Shown: positions 9,576 to 18,561 of the stretch, one piece after another | How positions within the stretch are numbered: position 1 is the stretch's first letter | Layout of the letters: the number at the start of each line of letters is the position of its first letter | Origin: Candidatus Odyssella sp. | Lineage (GTDB): Bacteria > Pseudomonadota > Alphaproteobacteria > Paracaedibacterales > CAITNM01 | Length of the DNA: 64,000 bases | Assembly: GCA_020726185.1 (NCBI GenBank) | Contig: DYTB01000003.1 | Location: forward strand, 12,451 to 76,450 | Direction of reading: 5' to 3' | Program-made: the position numbers and the translations under genes | The notes under the pieces: generated by a model | Told to the model about the DNA's origin: nothing | The model's database searches: none | The model's input: the letters and a program-made list of their open reading frames with translations, nothing else

Positions 9576-10607
9576 TTATTTTTTGAGGCGCATGTACTGA
9601 CATTGCAGGCCATTCACCATTTCAGATACCTCCTCAAAAATTTGAGGATCTACATCTTTTCGGAAACGAATGAACCAATTGCCATCGCCCTCTTCCACCA
9701 ACACCCCATGATAGGGAGTGACAAAAGAATAGGGTGAAAGCTTAATGCCAAACTTTTTGCCTAAGTCCTTGGAATAATGAACCGTTAGGCGAATGAAGTC
9801 CTTAGCATCAAACTGTGCTTCAAGAAAACGACGCATGCGCGTCTCTCTTGCCATAAGGGCTTTTGTGATTTTTGACAAAGGACCATGAACTTTTAAGAAT
9901 TCTCGACCTTGCACAGAATCAAATTCCACTTCAAGACGTCCTAAAAGAGTTTTGTAACTATCTTGAAGGGCAGGGTCTGTTTCAAGCTGCTTGTGAAAAT
10001 CCTCATCGCTGGGTGAGTATTTATCGATCACATCGCAAATATGCTGAGTTGATGAGAGCGCCAACTGTTCTTGTAAAAAATCAGAAGTTACCAGCGTTAT
10101 TCCTGGCATATCTTGCACAAGCTTTTGCAACCCTTGTTCGTATAACTTTACAGTTTCAGCTGAAATCCCAAGGTATTCGCAAAAAGGTATGCCATCACAA
10201 AAAATGACTAGTTCAACCCCATAGGGATAAGCTTCTTTAAGTGACTTGATGCAGCCATATAGGTACTCAAGACTGCGTCGTTCAGCCATATCAGGCACTT
10301 GGCCTAATACTTTTTTTTCTGTATTTGCTGATTTAAAAGGAAAGCCCACCAATAGAAATTTCAGTGGTTTTTTGAGACTTAAAAATTTAGTAATTTTTTC
10401 TTGTAATGATTTATAGTCAAGGAAATGAACTTCAGAAGATCTTGAAAGCTGATTTAAGCTTTTTTTATCGATATCTTGAGTAATTTGGAAAGGTTTTAGA
10501 ATGTTTAGAATTTGGTCAGATGTTAGACCTAAAACAGACTCAGAATGAGCTGGGATAGCGCTTATTAAACAGATTATACTAACTTTTATGCATACACGGT
10601 TTTTCAT
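9576..10607 (-). CDS. Isocyanide synthase (PvcA/Dit1/IsnA) family protein with signal peptide
   Basis: FLLVGFPFKSANTEKKVLGQVPDMAERRSL, IFCDG, RLTVH..KKFGI, TPYHGVLV are collinear with PvcA motifs; N-terminal MKNRVCIKVSIICLISAIPAHS. Confidence 0.88.
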   Translation of the reverse strand: MKNRVCIKVSIICLISAIPAHSESVLGLTSDQILNILKPFQITQDIDKKSLNQLSRSSEVHFLDYKSLQEKITKFLSLKKPLKFLLVGFPFKSANTEKKVLGQVPDMAERRSLEYLYGCIKSLKEAYPYGVELVIFCDGIPFCEYLGISAETVKLYEQGLQKLVQDMPGITLVTSDFLQEQLALSSTQHICDVIDKYSPSDEDFHKQLETDPALQDSYKTLLGRLEVEFDSVQGREFLKVHGPLSKITKALMARETRMRRFLEAQFDAKDFIRLTVHYSKDLGKKFGIKLSPYSFVTPYHGVLVEEGDGNWFIRFRKDVDPQIFEEVSEMVNGLQCQYMRLKK

Positions 10608-10802
10608 AATAGGTTCCTCGTAAACTTTTTCGTAAATGTTTATTCGATTTTGTTAATGCAATGTCACGCCATGAAAATTGCCAGAAGTTGTTCATGATTA
10701 ATTTCCTTATGTTAAATTGGTTTGGTATATGCATCTGATAATGCATGTTTTAATAATATAACGACATATATCATTAGGTCAATTGAATTTTTATATTATT
10801 CC

Positions 10803-11891
10803 TTATTTCGTATGAAGAATACTCAAAGATTTTTTTATGTATAAATCAATAATTTTATTTTTTAATACTTCTAATTCATCGATTCGTATATCAGGCTCTA
10901 CTCCTTCATGACCTATCCTTTTTCCAAGGGGGTCATTTAAGAATGCAATTGAAATAATTACCCCGTCTTTACGATTAGGGAAAGAAACCATTTCTTTTGC
11001 AGTTGCACTTCCTGCTGTATTTTGACCAATAAGTGTTGCGTGCTTATTCGCTTTTAATGCAGCCGCAATAATTTCTGCTGCAGAGCATGTGTTTTTGTTT
11101 TGCAGAATAATCATAGAAAGCTTATTCAAACTATCAGGTCCTGATGAGCAAAATTTTGAAAAAACATCTTTTTTTTGCATTTCAACGACAAGGTGTCCAT
11201 CTAAAAATTGACTAGCAATACCGATTCCTGCTTCAAAGCTGCCCCCAGGGCAGTCGCGTAAATCAAGAATAAGTCCTGATAGTTTTTTGTTGGTTTTAAT
11301 TTTTTGAATATGATTACGTATTTCGTCAGCAGCTTCTTTGCTTACACAACCAAACTTCAAACAAGCAACATTCCCAAACCATTTTAATTCTGCGGTTGGC
11401 GGTGTGGAATGGCCCGGAATAATCTCTTTCGTGAGTTTTTGTCTGTTTCTTAAAAGTACAATGTCATATGTTTTTTTTTCTTTTATAAGATTTAGAAAAT
11501 CATTCAGTTCAATATTTTTTAAAGATGATTTATCAAATTGCGTTAAAATATCGTCGGCCTTAATTCCAGCTGCATATGATGCTGATTTCTCAAAAACTTT
11601 TTTGACCAGCAAACCATCTTTGTGCTTAGTTAAAATCATTCCTAATTTTAATTCCCCTCCATCAACAGCTTCTCTTAAGGATTTGATTTGCATTTCATTC
11701 AAATAAGATCCGTGCGCATCTATTCCTTGAATTAACCCATGTATCATGCCTTGACGGAGTCTATCTTGATCAGGTTTTTCTGGGTATAGAGTATCAATAA
11801 TTTCGAGGGTTTCATCTAGGCTGTCGTGTAAATCTTGATAGGGATTTGAGCAACCAATTAATAACAAAAAGAAAATGATAGATAATTTCAT
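10803..11891 (-). CDS. ctpA: S41 family carboxy-terminal processing protease (CtpA-like)
   Basis: Lipoprotein-like signal (LLIGC), IDAHGSY, PDZ region, LILDLRDCPGG, CSAAEI, GVEPDI; follows gpmI-envC. Confidence 0.85.
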   Translation of the reverse strand: MKLSIIFFLLLIGCSNPYQDLHDSLDETLEIIDTLYPEKPDQDRLRQGMIHGLIQGIDAHGSYLNEMQIKSLREAVDGGELKLGMILTKHKDGLLVKKVFEKSASYAAGIKADDILTQFDKSSLKNIELNDFLNLIKEKKTYDIVLLRNRQKLTKEIIPGHSTPPTAELKWFGNVACLKFGCVSKEAADEIRNHIQKIKTNKKLSGLILDLRDCPGGSFEAGIGIASQFLDGHLVVEMQKKDVFSKFCSSGPDSLNKLSMIILQNKNTCSAAEIIAAALKANKHATLIGQNTAGSATAKEMVSFPNRKDGVIISIAFLNDPLGKRIGHEGVEPDIRIDELEVLKNKIIDLYIKKSLSILHTK

Positions 11892-12793
11892 AGCTGTACG
11901 ACCTTGTGATAAGGCTCAGGATCTAACGTTACATCATCATGCCACAATTGCAACTCAACTAAACATGGATTTTCTTCAGCGCAAAAACCCAGAGGTTCCC
12001 CTTGTATTAGTTTGTCACCCTTATTGACAAGGCATTTACTTAGGCCTGTAACAACGTAAGTAAAGTGCTGCTGTTTGATAAAAATAACAATGCTTCCATC
12101 TAATAAACCAATTGTGGATATTGAACCGTTATCAGGACAAAGAACAATGGCTCCTGCAAGAGGGGCCCATATTGTTTTTAATGAATTTTCTCGAATCCCT
12201 GCAACTGGAGTGATCCAATTTAACAAGTGGTTTGGCTTATTACTTGCTGTGCCCACAGGTAATTTTTTAATGCAATTCTGAATCGAAGAAATTTCATTAA
12301 TTTTTGATGTATCTGACCAATATTTTAGCCCGTGTGATTGAGAATTTTGCTCAAATAATTTTATGTGCAACACATTTAACGCTTCAAGTTGTTTGATTAA
12401 TTTTTGAATTCGTTCAAAGTCACCACTGGCATATTTTTTTTGATATTCTTGTGCATACTTTGTGTACAAAGGTACAAGCTCTTTAGTTTTTAAAGTTAGA
12501 AATGTTTTTTTTCTAACGTAATTATGTACTGCTTTTTCAGAAGGTAGTAGGGCAGTGCCAAACCCAAGTTGGTAACGTTTTTGTGCAAGATAAATTGCCC
12601 CTAATTGCTGTTGAATGTGAAAAAATTCTTGGTCAGTATTAGCTTTGTTGCTATTTATTTGAGTGTGCTGACTGTACAAAATGACAAGCTGTTGTTGGAT
12701 GTTATGCCATTTTTGTACTTGTTCAAGCACTTCTGTATGTACTTCACAGCGAAGCGAAAAAAAACAAAAAAATATGAATAAGACTTTTAACAT
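11888..12793 (-). CDS. EnvC-like murein hydrolase activator (coiled coil + degenerate M23)
   Basis: Signal peptide, coiled coil, C-terminal PVAG...GDKLIQGEPLG..VELQL; position in conserved gpmI-envC-ctpA operon. Confidence 0.65.
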   Translation of the reverse strand: MLKVLFIFFCFFSLRCEVHTEVLEQVQKWHNIQQQLVILYSQHTQINSNKANTDQEFFHIQQQLGAIYLAQKRYQLGFGTALLPSEKAVHNYVRKKTFLTLKTKELVPLYTKYAQEYQKKYASGDFERIQKLIKQLEALNVLHIKLFEQNSQSHGLKYWSDTSKINEISSIQNCIKKLPVGTASNKPNHLLNWITPVAGIRENSLKTIWAPLAGAIVLCPDNGSISTIGLLDGSIVIFIKQQHFTYVVTGLSKCLVNKGDKLIQGEPLGFCAEENPCLVELQLWHDDVTLDPEPYHKVVQL

Positions 12794-14298
12794 AGCAGTG
12801 AAGTGCCCGTCATTTCTTTTGGTTGGGTAATCTCCATTATGCTTAAAACTGTTGGCGCAACATCAGCAAGAGAGCCCGCATTTAAATGTTTAGCATTACC
12901 ATTTACCAATACAAAGGGCACGGGATTACAAGTATGTGCTGTATGAGGTGTTGAATGATCTTTTTCTCGCATGCATTCGACATTGCCATGATCGGCTGTT
13001 ATTAGAAGAGTCCAATTATGTTCTATGGCTTTTTGTTCTAAAGTTTTCACGCAAGCATCAACACAGTCTACAGCCTTATAAATTGCATCAATAACACCAG
13101 TGTGCCCAACCATATCAGTGTTGGCATAATTCACCACAATAAGACTAAGGTCGTTACGTTTCATTGCTTGGGTCACTGTTAACGTCACTTGGGCTGCTGA
13201 CATTTCTGGTTGTAAATCATAAGTCGCAACACTGGGGGAAGAAATCATGCTTCGTTCTTCATATTGAAAAGGTTTTTCACGGCCACCATTTAAGAAAAAA
13301 GTGACATGAGCATATTTTTCAGTTTCTGCCACGCGTAGCTGCTTCAGCCCATGGCTTGCAACAATTTCACCAAGGCTTTGCTCAACAATATCTTTTGAGA
13401 ATACAGACGGGATCAATAAATTAAGATCTTGTGCATATTCATTCATCGCTAAGGTTGGCCCAAAATCAATAGTTTTTCCACGGTCAAACTGACAAAAATC
13501 TTTAACTAAAAGACTACGTAAAATTTGTCGAACCCGATCTGACCTAAAGTTAATCATCCAAAGCCCATCACCATTTTGCATTCCAGTGTAGTTTTCACTA
13601 ATTGTTGGAAGAACAAATTCGTCTGTAATGTCACTTTCATAAGAATCATGAATGGCCTGAACAGCATTTGAAAATTTAGGCGCATTTGCTTGCACTATTG
13701 CCTTATAAGTAAGCTCAATTCTTTCCCATCTATTATCACGGTCCATAGCGAAATAGCGTCCACCCAAAGTGCTTAAATGAATATTTGAATGTCCTTCAAT
13801 TGCGCTTAAAAATTCACCTACATAGCTTGCTGCACTTTTAGGTGGAGTATCGCGCCCATCTAAAAATCCGTGCACGTGAACGGTAATTCCAGCATCACTT
13901 AAAAGCTTGGCAATTTCAATTATATGATTCATGTGTGAATGCACACCACCAGGAGATAGCAACCCCATAAGGTGGCAAGGGCGTTGCGTTTTTTTAAGTT
14001 GATCCATTGCATTTAGAACTTTTTCATTTGTTTTAAGTTCACTGTTAGATATGGCATGATCAATTTTTGGCAGGTCTTGCATCAATACGCGACCAAGACC
14101 TATGGTCATGTGCCCAACTTCACTATTTCCCATTTGCCCGTCAGGTAGGCCCACATAATGCTCTGAAGCTTGCAGTTGAGAGTTAGGATATTTTTGTAAA
14201 AGTGCTGGCCAATGAATGGCTGCTTTAATGCCGTTGTAGGCATCTTCCGGTCCAATTCCCCATCCATCAAGAATACATAGCACAACTTTTTGATTCAC
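12787..14298 (-). CDS. gpmI: 2,3-BPG-independent phosphoglycerate mutase
   Basis: ILDGWG, GQMGNSEVGH, GRYFAMDRD, NFRSDR, ETEKYAHVT, ADHGN, HTAHT. Confidence 0.97.
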   Translation of the reverse strand: MNQKVVLCILDGWGIGPEDAYNGIKAAIHWPALLQKYPNSQLQASEHYVGLPDGQMGNSEVGHMTIGLGRVLMQDLPKIDHAISNSELKTNEKVLNAMDQLKKTQRPCHLMGLLSPGGVHSHMNHIIEIAKLLSDAGITVHVHGFLDGRDTPPKSAASYVGEFLSAIEGHSNIHLSTLGGRYFAMDRDNRWERIELTYKAIVQANAPKFSNAVQAIHDSYESDITDEFVLPTISENYTGMQNGDGLWMINFRSDRVRQILRSLLVKDFCQFDRGKTIDFGPTLAMNEYAQDLNLLIPSVFSKDIVEQSLGEIVASHGLKQLRVAETEKYAHVTFFLNGGREKPFQYEERSMISSPSVATYDLQPEMSAAQVTLTVTQAMKRNDLSLIVVNYANTDMVGHTGVIDAIYKAVDCVDACVKTLEQKAIEHNWTLLITADHGNVECMREKDHSTPHTAHTCNPVPFVLVNGNAKHLNAGSLADVAPTVLSIMEITQPKEMTGTSLLC

Positions 14299-14397
14299 TA
14301 AAAAATAGCCCGTAATATTTCAATATTTGATAGCTTGATTTTAGCCTAATTTTTCCCTCTAATGCTAATGAATCAAACTTTTAACCGTGAGGAATTT

Positions 14398-14880
14398 ATG
14401 AACACCATAATGATTCGACTACTTTCAGCTGTTAGCCTGGTCGTAGTAGCTATTTTAGGAGCTGATCTTTTAGCAGCAGAAACAACTAAAAAAGGCACTA
14501 AAGCTGCGAATCATGCAAAGAAGCATGAAGCAAAGCCAACAACACCAGTTGTGATTGCAGAAAAAAACATTAATGAAGTTGAAGCATTGCTTGGAAAAGC
14601 AGTCATTGTTGATGCACGTGGTAGTGGTGAAGAAGCGATAAAAGGAGCAATTTTCTTTGCAGCGAATGCTGACGATAAAGATATTCACGCCAAATTAAAA
14701 GATAAAACAGCTGAAATTCTTGTATATTGTGGAAGCGTAAGCTGTCCCGCAAGCATGACTTTAGCAGAGCGTCTTATTGGATTGGGATACACCAACATTG
14801 CTCATTATGCGGGTGGTATAAAAGAGTGGACTGAAAACAACAAGCCTACAGATGATACTAAAGAAAAAACTAAAGCATAA
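14398..14880 (+). CDS. Exported rhodanese-like protein
   Basis: Signal peptide; IVDAR, YCGSVSCPAS active-site loop, YAGGIKEW; ATG 14398 has a GAGGA RBS. Confidence 0.85.
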   Translation: MNTIMIRLLSAVSLVVVAILGADLLAAETTKKGTKAANHAKKHEAKPTTPVVIAEKNINEVEALLGKAVIVDARGSGEEAIKGAIFFAANADDKDIHAKLKDKTAEILVYCGSVSCPASMTLAERLIGLGYTNIAHYAGGIKEWTENNKPTDDTKEKTKA

Positions 14881-14900
14881 ATTAGATTAAAGACACCTCG

Positions 14901-14928
14901 AAAGCAGCTGAATTCTCAGCTGCTTTTT
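14901..14928 (+). terminator. Rho-independent terminator
   Basis: AAAGCAGCTGA-ATTC-TCAGCTGCTTT followed by T run. Confidence 0.8.
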
Positions 14929-14945
14929 TATAATGGAGAGCATGC

Positions 14946-15593
14946 ATGAGCAACCCAATCGAAATGGAAAAAAGATTCCAAGTGCTGCCTAGTGATTTGG
15001 ATGATTTTTTAAAAAATAAAAAATTTATTTCATCTAAACTGGTTGTTGATGAATATCTGGATACTTCTGATGGGTTGTTTTATCAAGACGGAATTTTCAT
15101 AAGACTGCGCAATGGAAAATCATTAGATTTTAAATTTAACCCAGAGCACTTGGGCGTAAAAGATGTGAATGAGCATGTGACCTGCCATGAGTATAATGTA
15201 GCTTTGCCTTTTGAACTTTCATCAACTCACGTGTTTGAAACGCTAGCAAAAATGATTCCTATCAAGTGCCCACAACCTTACACCTATGATGAATTTTTAA
15301 AGATAAATAATTTAAAAACTCTTTTAGTTTTGGACAAAAAACGCACAACTTATGAAGATGATTTGTTTGTTATTGCCGTAGATGAGTTCGCAGATTTCGG
15401 AACATTCCTTGAACTAGAAGCTAAAAATAACAATATGCAAAAAGAAGCATTTTTAAACGAAGTTGCTATGGCAACTAAGGGTATGAAAGTAACTGAATTT
15501 AATTCAGGCTACATTGAATTACGGTTACGCCAAATTAATGAACTGCTCTACTTGAAAGGCAAGTATTTAATTGATTCAGATGTGGCAGCTTGA
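14946..15593 (+). CDS. CYTH domain (triphosphate tunnel metalloenzyme) protein
   Basis: ExExK/R start (IEMEKRF), DEYLD, FIRLR, KKRTTY, VDEF..FGTFLELE. Confidence 0.8.
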   Translation: MSNPIEMEKRFQVLPSDLDDFLKNKKFISSKLVVDEYLDTSDGLFYQDGIFIRLRNGKSLDFKFNPEHLGVKDVNEHVTCHEYNVALPFELSSTHVFETLAKMIPIKCPQPYTYDEFLKINNLKTLLVLDKKRTTYEDDLFVIAVDEFADFGTFLELEAKNNNMQKEAFLNEVAMATKGMKVTEFNSGYIELRLRQINELLYLKGKYLIDSDVAA

Positions 15594-16780
15594 GTAACAT
15601 TCCAACAATACAAACTGACGTTGTTGTCATAGGCGCTGGCGCTGCCGGACTTATGGCAGCTGCAATTGCAGGTAAGCGTGGCCGACGCGTTATGCTTATT
15701 GAGCACACATCTAAAGTTGGTGAGAAAATTCGTATTTCTGGCGGTGGGCGCAGTAACTTTACCAACCTTTTCGCATCGCCTAAAAACTACATTTGCACAA
15801 ATAAGCATTTTGCAAAATCAGCATTGGCCAGATACACCCAGCATGATTTTATAAACCTAGTTGAATCGTACAATATTGCATATCACGAAAAGACATTAGG
15901 GCAATTATTTTGTGATGGATCCTCCAAACAAATTGTTAACATGCTGCTGGATGAATGTCAGCAAGGGCAAGTTGATGTTCGTCTTAATTGTACAGTCACA
16001 ATAATTGAAAAGCATGATCAATTTGTGCTCACAACAACCGAAGGCGTAATTCATGCCGCGTCTGTAATTATTGCAACTGGTGGGTTATCAATTCCGCAAA
16101 TTGGTGCTTCTGATTTTGGCTACCAAATCGCACGACAATTTGGCATTAAAGTGTTGGCCACGCAACCGGCTTTGGTGCCATTGAAAGTTGAAGCAGCAAC
16201 CCTTCCTACATTTGCGCGGCTTAGTGGTGTTTCACAAAACTCAGTTGTTTCTTACAAAGACGTGCAATTTGGTGAGAATATATTATTTACTCACCGTGGG
16301 TTAAGCGGTCCGGCAATATTGCAAATTTCGTCTTATATGGAAAAATTTTCTATGGAAGAAATTGCAATTAACCTATTGCCAGATGTTGATTTGAAACATG
16401 AATTTGTTGCCCATAAAAATAGCAAGCAAACCGTTGCTAATTTTTTGAAGAACTATTTTGCAAATCGCTTTGTAGAAGTTATGGCTACCCACCCCGATTA
16501 TGGGAAAGCAATTACTGACCTTAAAAACACTACGCTGTTTGATATAGCAAATGATATTCACCAATTCAAAGTCACTATTAATGGCAGTGAAGGTTACCAA
16601 AAAGCTGAGGTCACCGTAGGCGGGGTTGATACTGACGAATTATCATCTAAAACCATGGAAAGCAACAAAGTTCCCGGCTTATTTTTCATTGGCGAAGTTG
16701 TTGATGTTACCGGATGGCTTGGTGGATATAATTTTCAATGGGCCTGGTCATCAGGTTATGTTGCTGGACAATATTGTTAA
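15590..16780 (+). CDS. HI0933/YhiN (BaiN-like) flavoprotein
   Basis: GAGAAG, GEKIRISGGGRSNFTN, ATGGLS, LFTHRGLSGPAILQIS, AEVTVGGV, GGYNFQWAWSSG. Confidence 0.93.
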   Translation: MSNIPTIQTDVVVIGAGAAGLMAAAIAGKRGRRVMLIEHTSKVGEKIRISGGGRSNFTNLFASPKNYICTNKHFAKSALARYTQHDFINLVESYNIAYHEKTLGQLFCDGSSKQIVNMLLDECQQGQVDVRLNCTVTIIEKHDQFVLTTTEGVIHAASVIIATGGLSIPQIGASDFGYQIARQFGIKVLATQPALVPLKVEAATLPTFARLSGVSQNSVVSYKDVQFGENILFTHRGLSGPAILQISSYMEKFSMEEIAINLLPDVDLKHEFVAHKNSKQTVANFLKNYFANRFVEVMATHPDYGKAITDLKNTTLFDIANDIHQFKVTINGSEGYQKAEVTVGGVDTDELSSKTMESNKVPGLFFIGEVVDVTGWLGGYNFQWAWSSGYVAGQYC

Positions 16781-16867
16781 GCATACACATTATTTATAAA
16801 AAACCTTGATTTTTTGAATATAGTTACTATATAAAGATTATTCAAAACAAAATAAGGAATTTTAAAC

Positions 16868-18280
16868 ATGAAGTTAATTAATTTATTTACGTTGATTGTG
16901 TTGTGCGTTTCACAAGTGCATTCAATGATAGATTCTGGACAAGTTGATCCTTTTGTAAGTGTTCCAGGCGCAAGACCTTTTGCAATTAAGCTGAAAGCTG
17001 ACGTTGCAGCAGAATGCATGGAAAGCTTTCAAGCATTTTGCAAAGCTCAGCAAGTTGCGCGAGATAAAGCAGCAGAATACAAAGCTGTAGAATCATTTGC
17101 TAGTAGTGTGATTAGGACAACGACTGATTATCCAGATATTCATGCTCTTGACGGCATCAGAGAATGGATTAGTAAGCCTGCTAATGCAGGAGCAGCCCAT
17201 ACAGCTGGCATGGCTGGAGAAAGCAGAATTCTAACGGTTGATCTAGATACTTTAGCTGAGGTGCTGAATATAAGAGCTAAAAAGCCAGTTACTGCAGGTG
17301 AAATTGCTGAATATATTGCAGCAGCATCTCAAGCAAATGGACAAACAAAGCAATATTCTTTACTGAGGTTTTTTGCTCAGAGAATTTTAGGATATCAACA
17401 ACATGAATTGGATTCTCTAAATTCTTGGTTGAGTGGAACTAATGCAACAGCTGCAGTGTCTTCATCGAGTGCGGCTTTAAAATGTGATATTTCTTTAATG
17501 TTCAAGTTAATTAGCGCAAGGGCTGGCAGAGATATTGCTGAGGAATTTGGTCACTTTGTTGAAGAATATAATGAAAAAGAAGGTCGAGTATTTTTAAAGC
17601 AAGATTTTGATGCATTTACCATGGGTTCAGGAACAGCAAGTTCTGGAATGCCGATGCATTTTGAGCATGCAATATTAATTGAAAATGGCATGGAAACAAC
17701 TAAGCAAGCATTCCCAAAGGGATTTGACGTATCTATACCTTTGGCAGCAGTGAAGGATGAATTTCTTGGACGCTTAGTGCAGGAATGTGGTGGTGAGAGT
17801 AGAATTTATGGCCGTTTTATAATAAGAGGTCAAAGTGATTTTGTGAGTGCTGCTCATCGAGATTTAGCTACTGCTTCATCTATAGAAATTCGAGATGGTT
17901 TTATTTACCAGGGTGGAGAACTTCTAAATACAACTGATACAATTTGGGCTTTAAGCCATGAAGGTACTGTGCGTATTTATCCGCAAAAGCAATCTAGTGT
18001 CTTAGGATGTTCAAACCATCATTATCTTTTTCAAAAAGAGGGTGTGGGAATGCCAGTAGCTTGTGCTGGTCATCTAGAAGCCAATGGTAAAATTTCGAAA
18101 ATTAATCGCTCGAGTGGTCATTATATGCCAACAGAGTTACAATTCATTCTAGCAATTACTCACTTGAATGCTCTAGGCATTATTGCTGATAATGTGATCT
18201 TGAATGAAAATTCGTATTCAACCGGTTATCGCACTCTAGCAGAAGCGTTATCTGTAGCAAGTATGATTGAACTAGGATAG
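16868..18280 (+). CDS. Secreted hypothetical protein with C-terminal IQM-like (SGHY) domain
   Basis: Signal peptide MKLINLFTLIVLCVSQVHS; C-terminal IEIRDGFIYQGGELLNT...WALS...HH...ACAGHL...SGHYMPTE. Confidence 0.65.
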   Translation: MKLINLFTLIVLCVSQVHSMIDSGQVDPFVSVPGARPFAIKLKADVAAECMESFQAFCKAQQVARDKAAEYKAVESFASSVIRTTTDYPDIHALDGIREWISKPANAGAAHTAGMAGESRILTVDLDTLAEVLNIRAKKPVTAGEIAEYIAAASQANGQTKQYSLLRFFAQRILGYQQHELDSLNSWLSGTNATAAVSSSSAALKCDISLMFKLISARAGRDIAEEFGHFVEEYNEKEGRVFLKQDFDAFTMGSGTASSGMPMHFEHAILIENGMETTKQAFPKGFDVSIPLAAVKDEFLGRLVQECGGESRIYGRFIIRGQSDFVSAAHRDLATASSIEIRDGFIYQGGELLNTTDTIWALSHEGTVRIYPQKQSSVLGCSNHHYLFQKEGVGMPVACAGHLEANGKISKINRSSGHYMPTELQFILAITHLNALGIIADNVILNENSYSTGYRTLAEALSVASMIELG

Positions 18281-18302
18281 AACCTCATACTTCTAAAATT
18301 AC

Positions 18303-18334
18303 AAAAAAGTGATCGTTTGACGGTCACTTTTTTT
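18303..18334. terminator. Bidirectional Rho-independent terminator
   Basis: AAAAAAGTGATCG-TTTGA-CGGTCACTTTTTTT. Confidence 0.8.
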
Positions 18335-18344
18335 CTATATAAAG

Positions 18345-18495
18345 TTGAAGAACTTTTTGTGTTCGGGAATTCGGTTAAAATCCGAAGCTGCCCCCGCAAC
18401 TGTACGTTGGGAGCGCATTTTATTTTGTGCCACTAGAGCAATCTGGGAAGGTGAAAATGTCGCTATGAACAACCAGCCAGGAGACCGGCAAAAAG
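18345..18495 (+). ncRNA. Cobalamin (B12) riboswitch
   Basis: GGGAA-TCGGT-TAAAATCCGAAGCTG-CCCCCGCAACTGTA core, GCCACT...GGGAAGG B12 box, AGCCAGGAGACCGGC 3' element; directly upstream of a BtuB-like receptor; ends approximate. Confidence 0.93.
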
Positions 18496-18561
18496 AGTGT
18501 CACTTTTTCTAGATTTTGGGGAGAGATCAGAAGGGTAGCCCATGGGTGACGCGCTTATATT

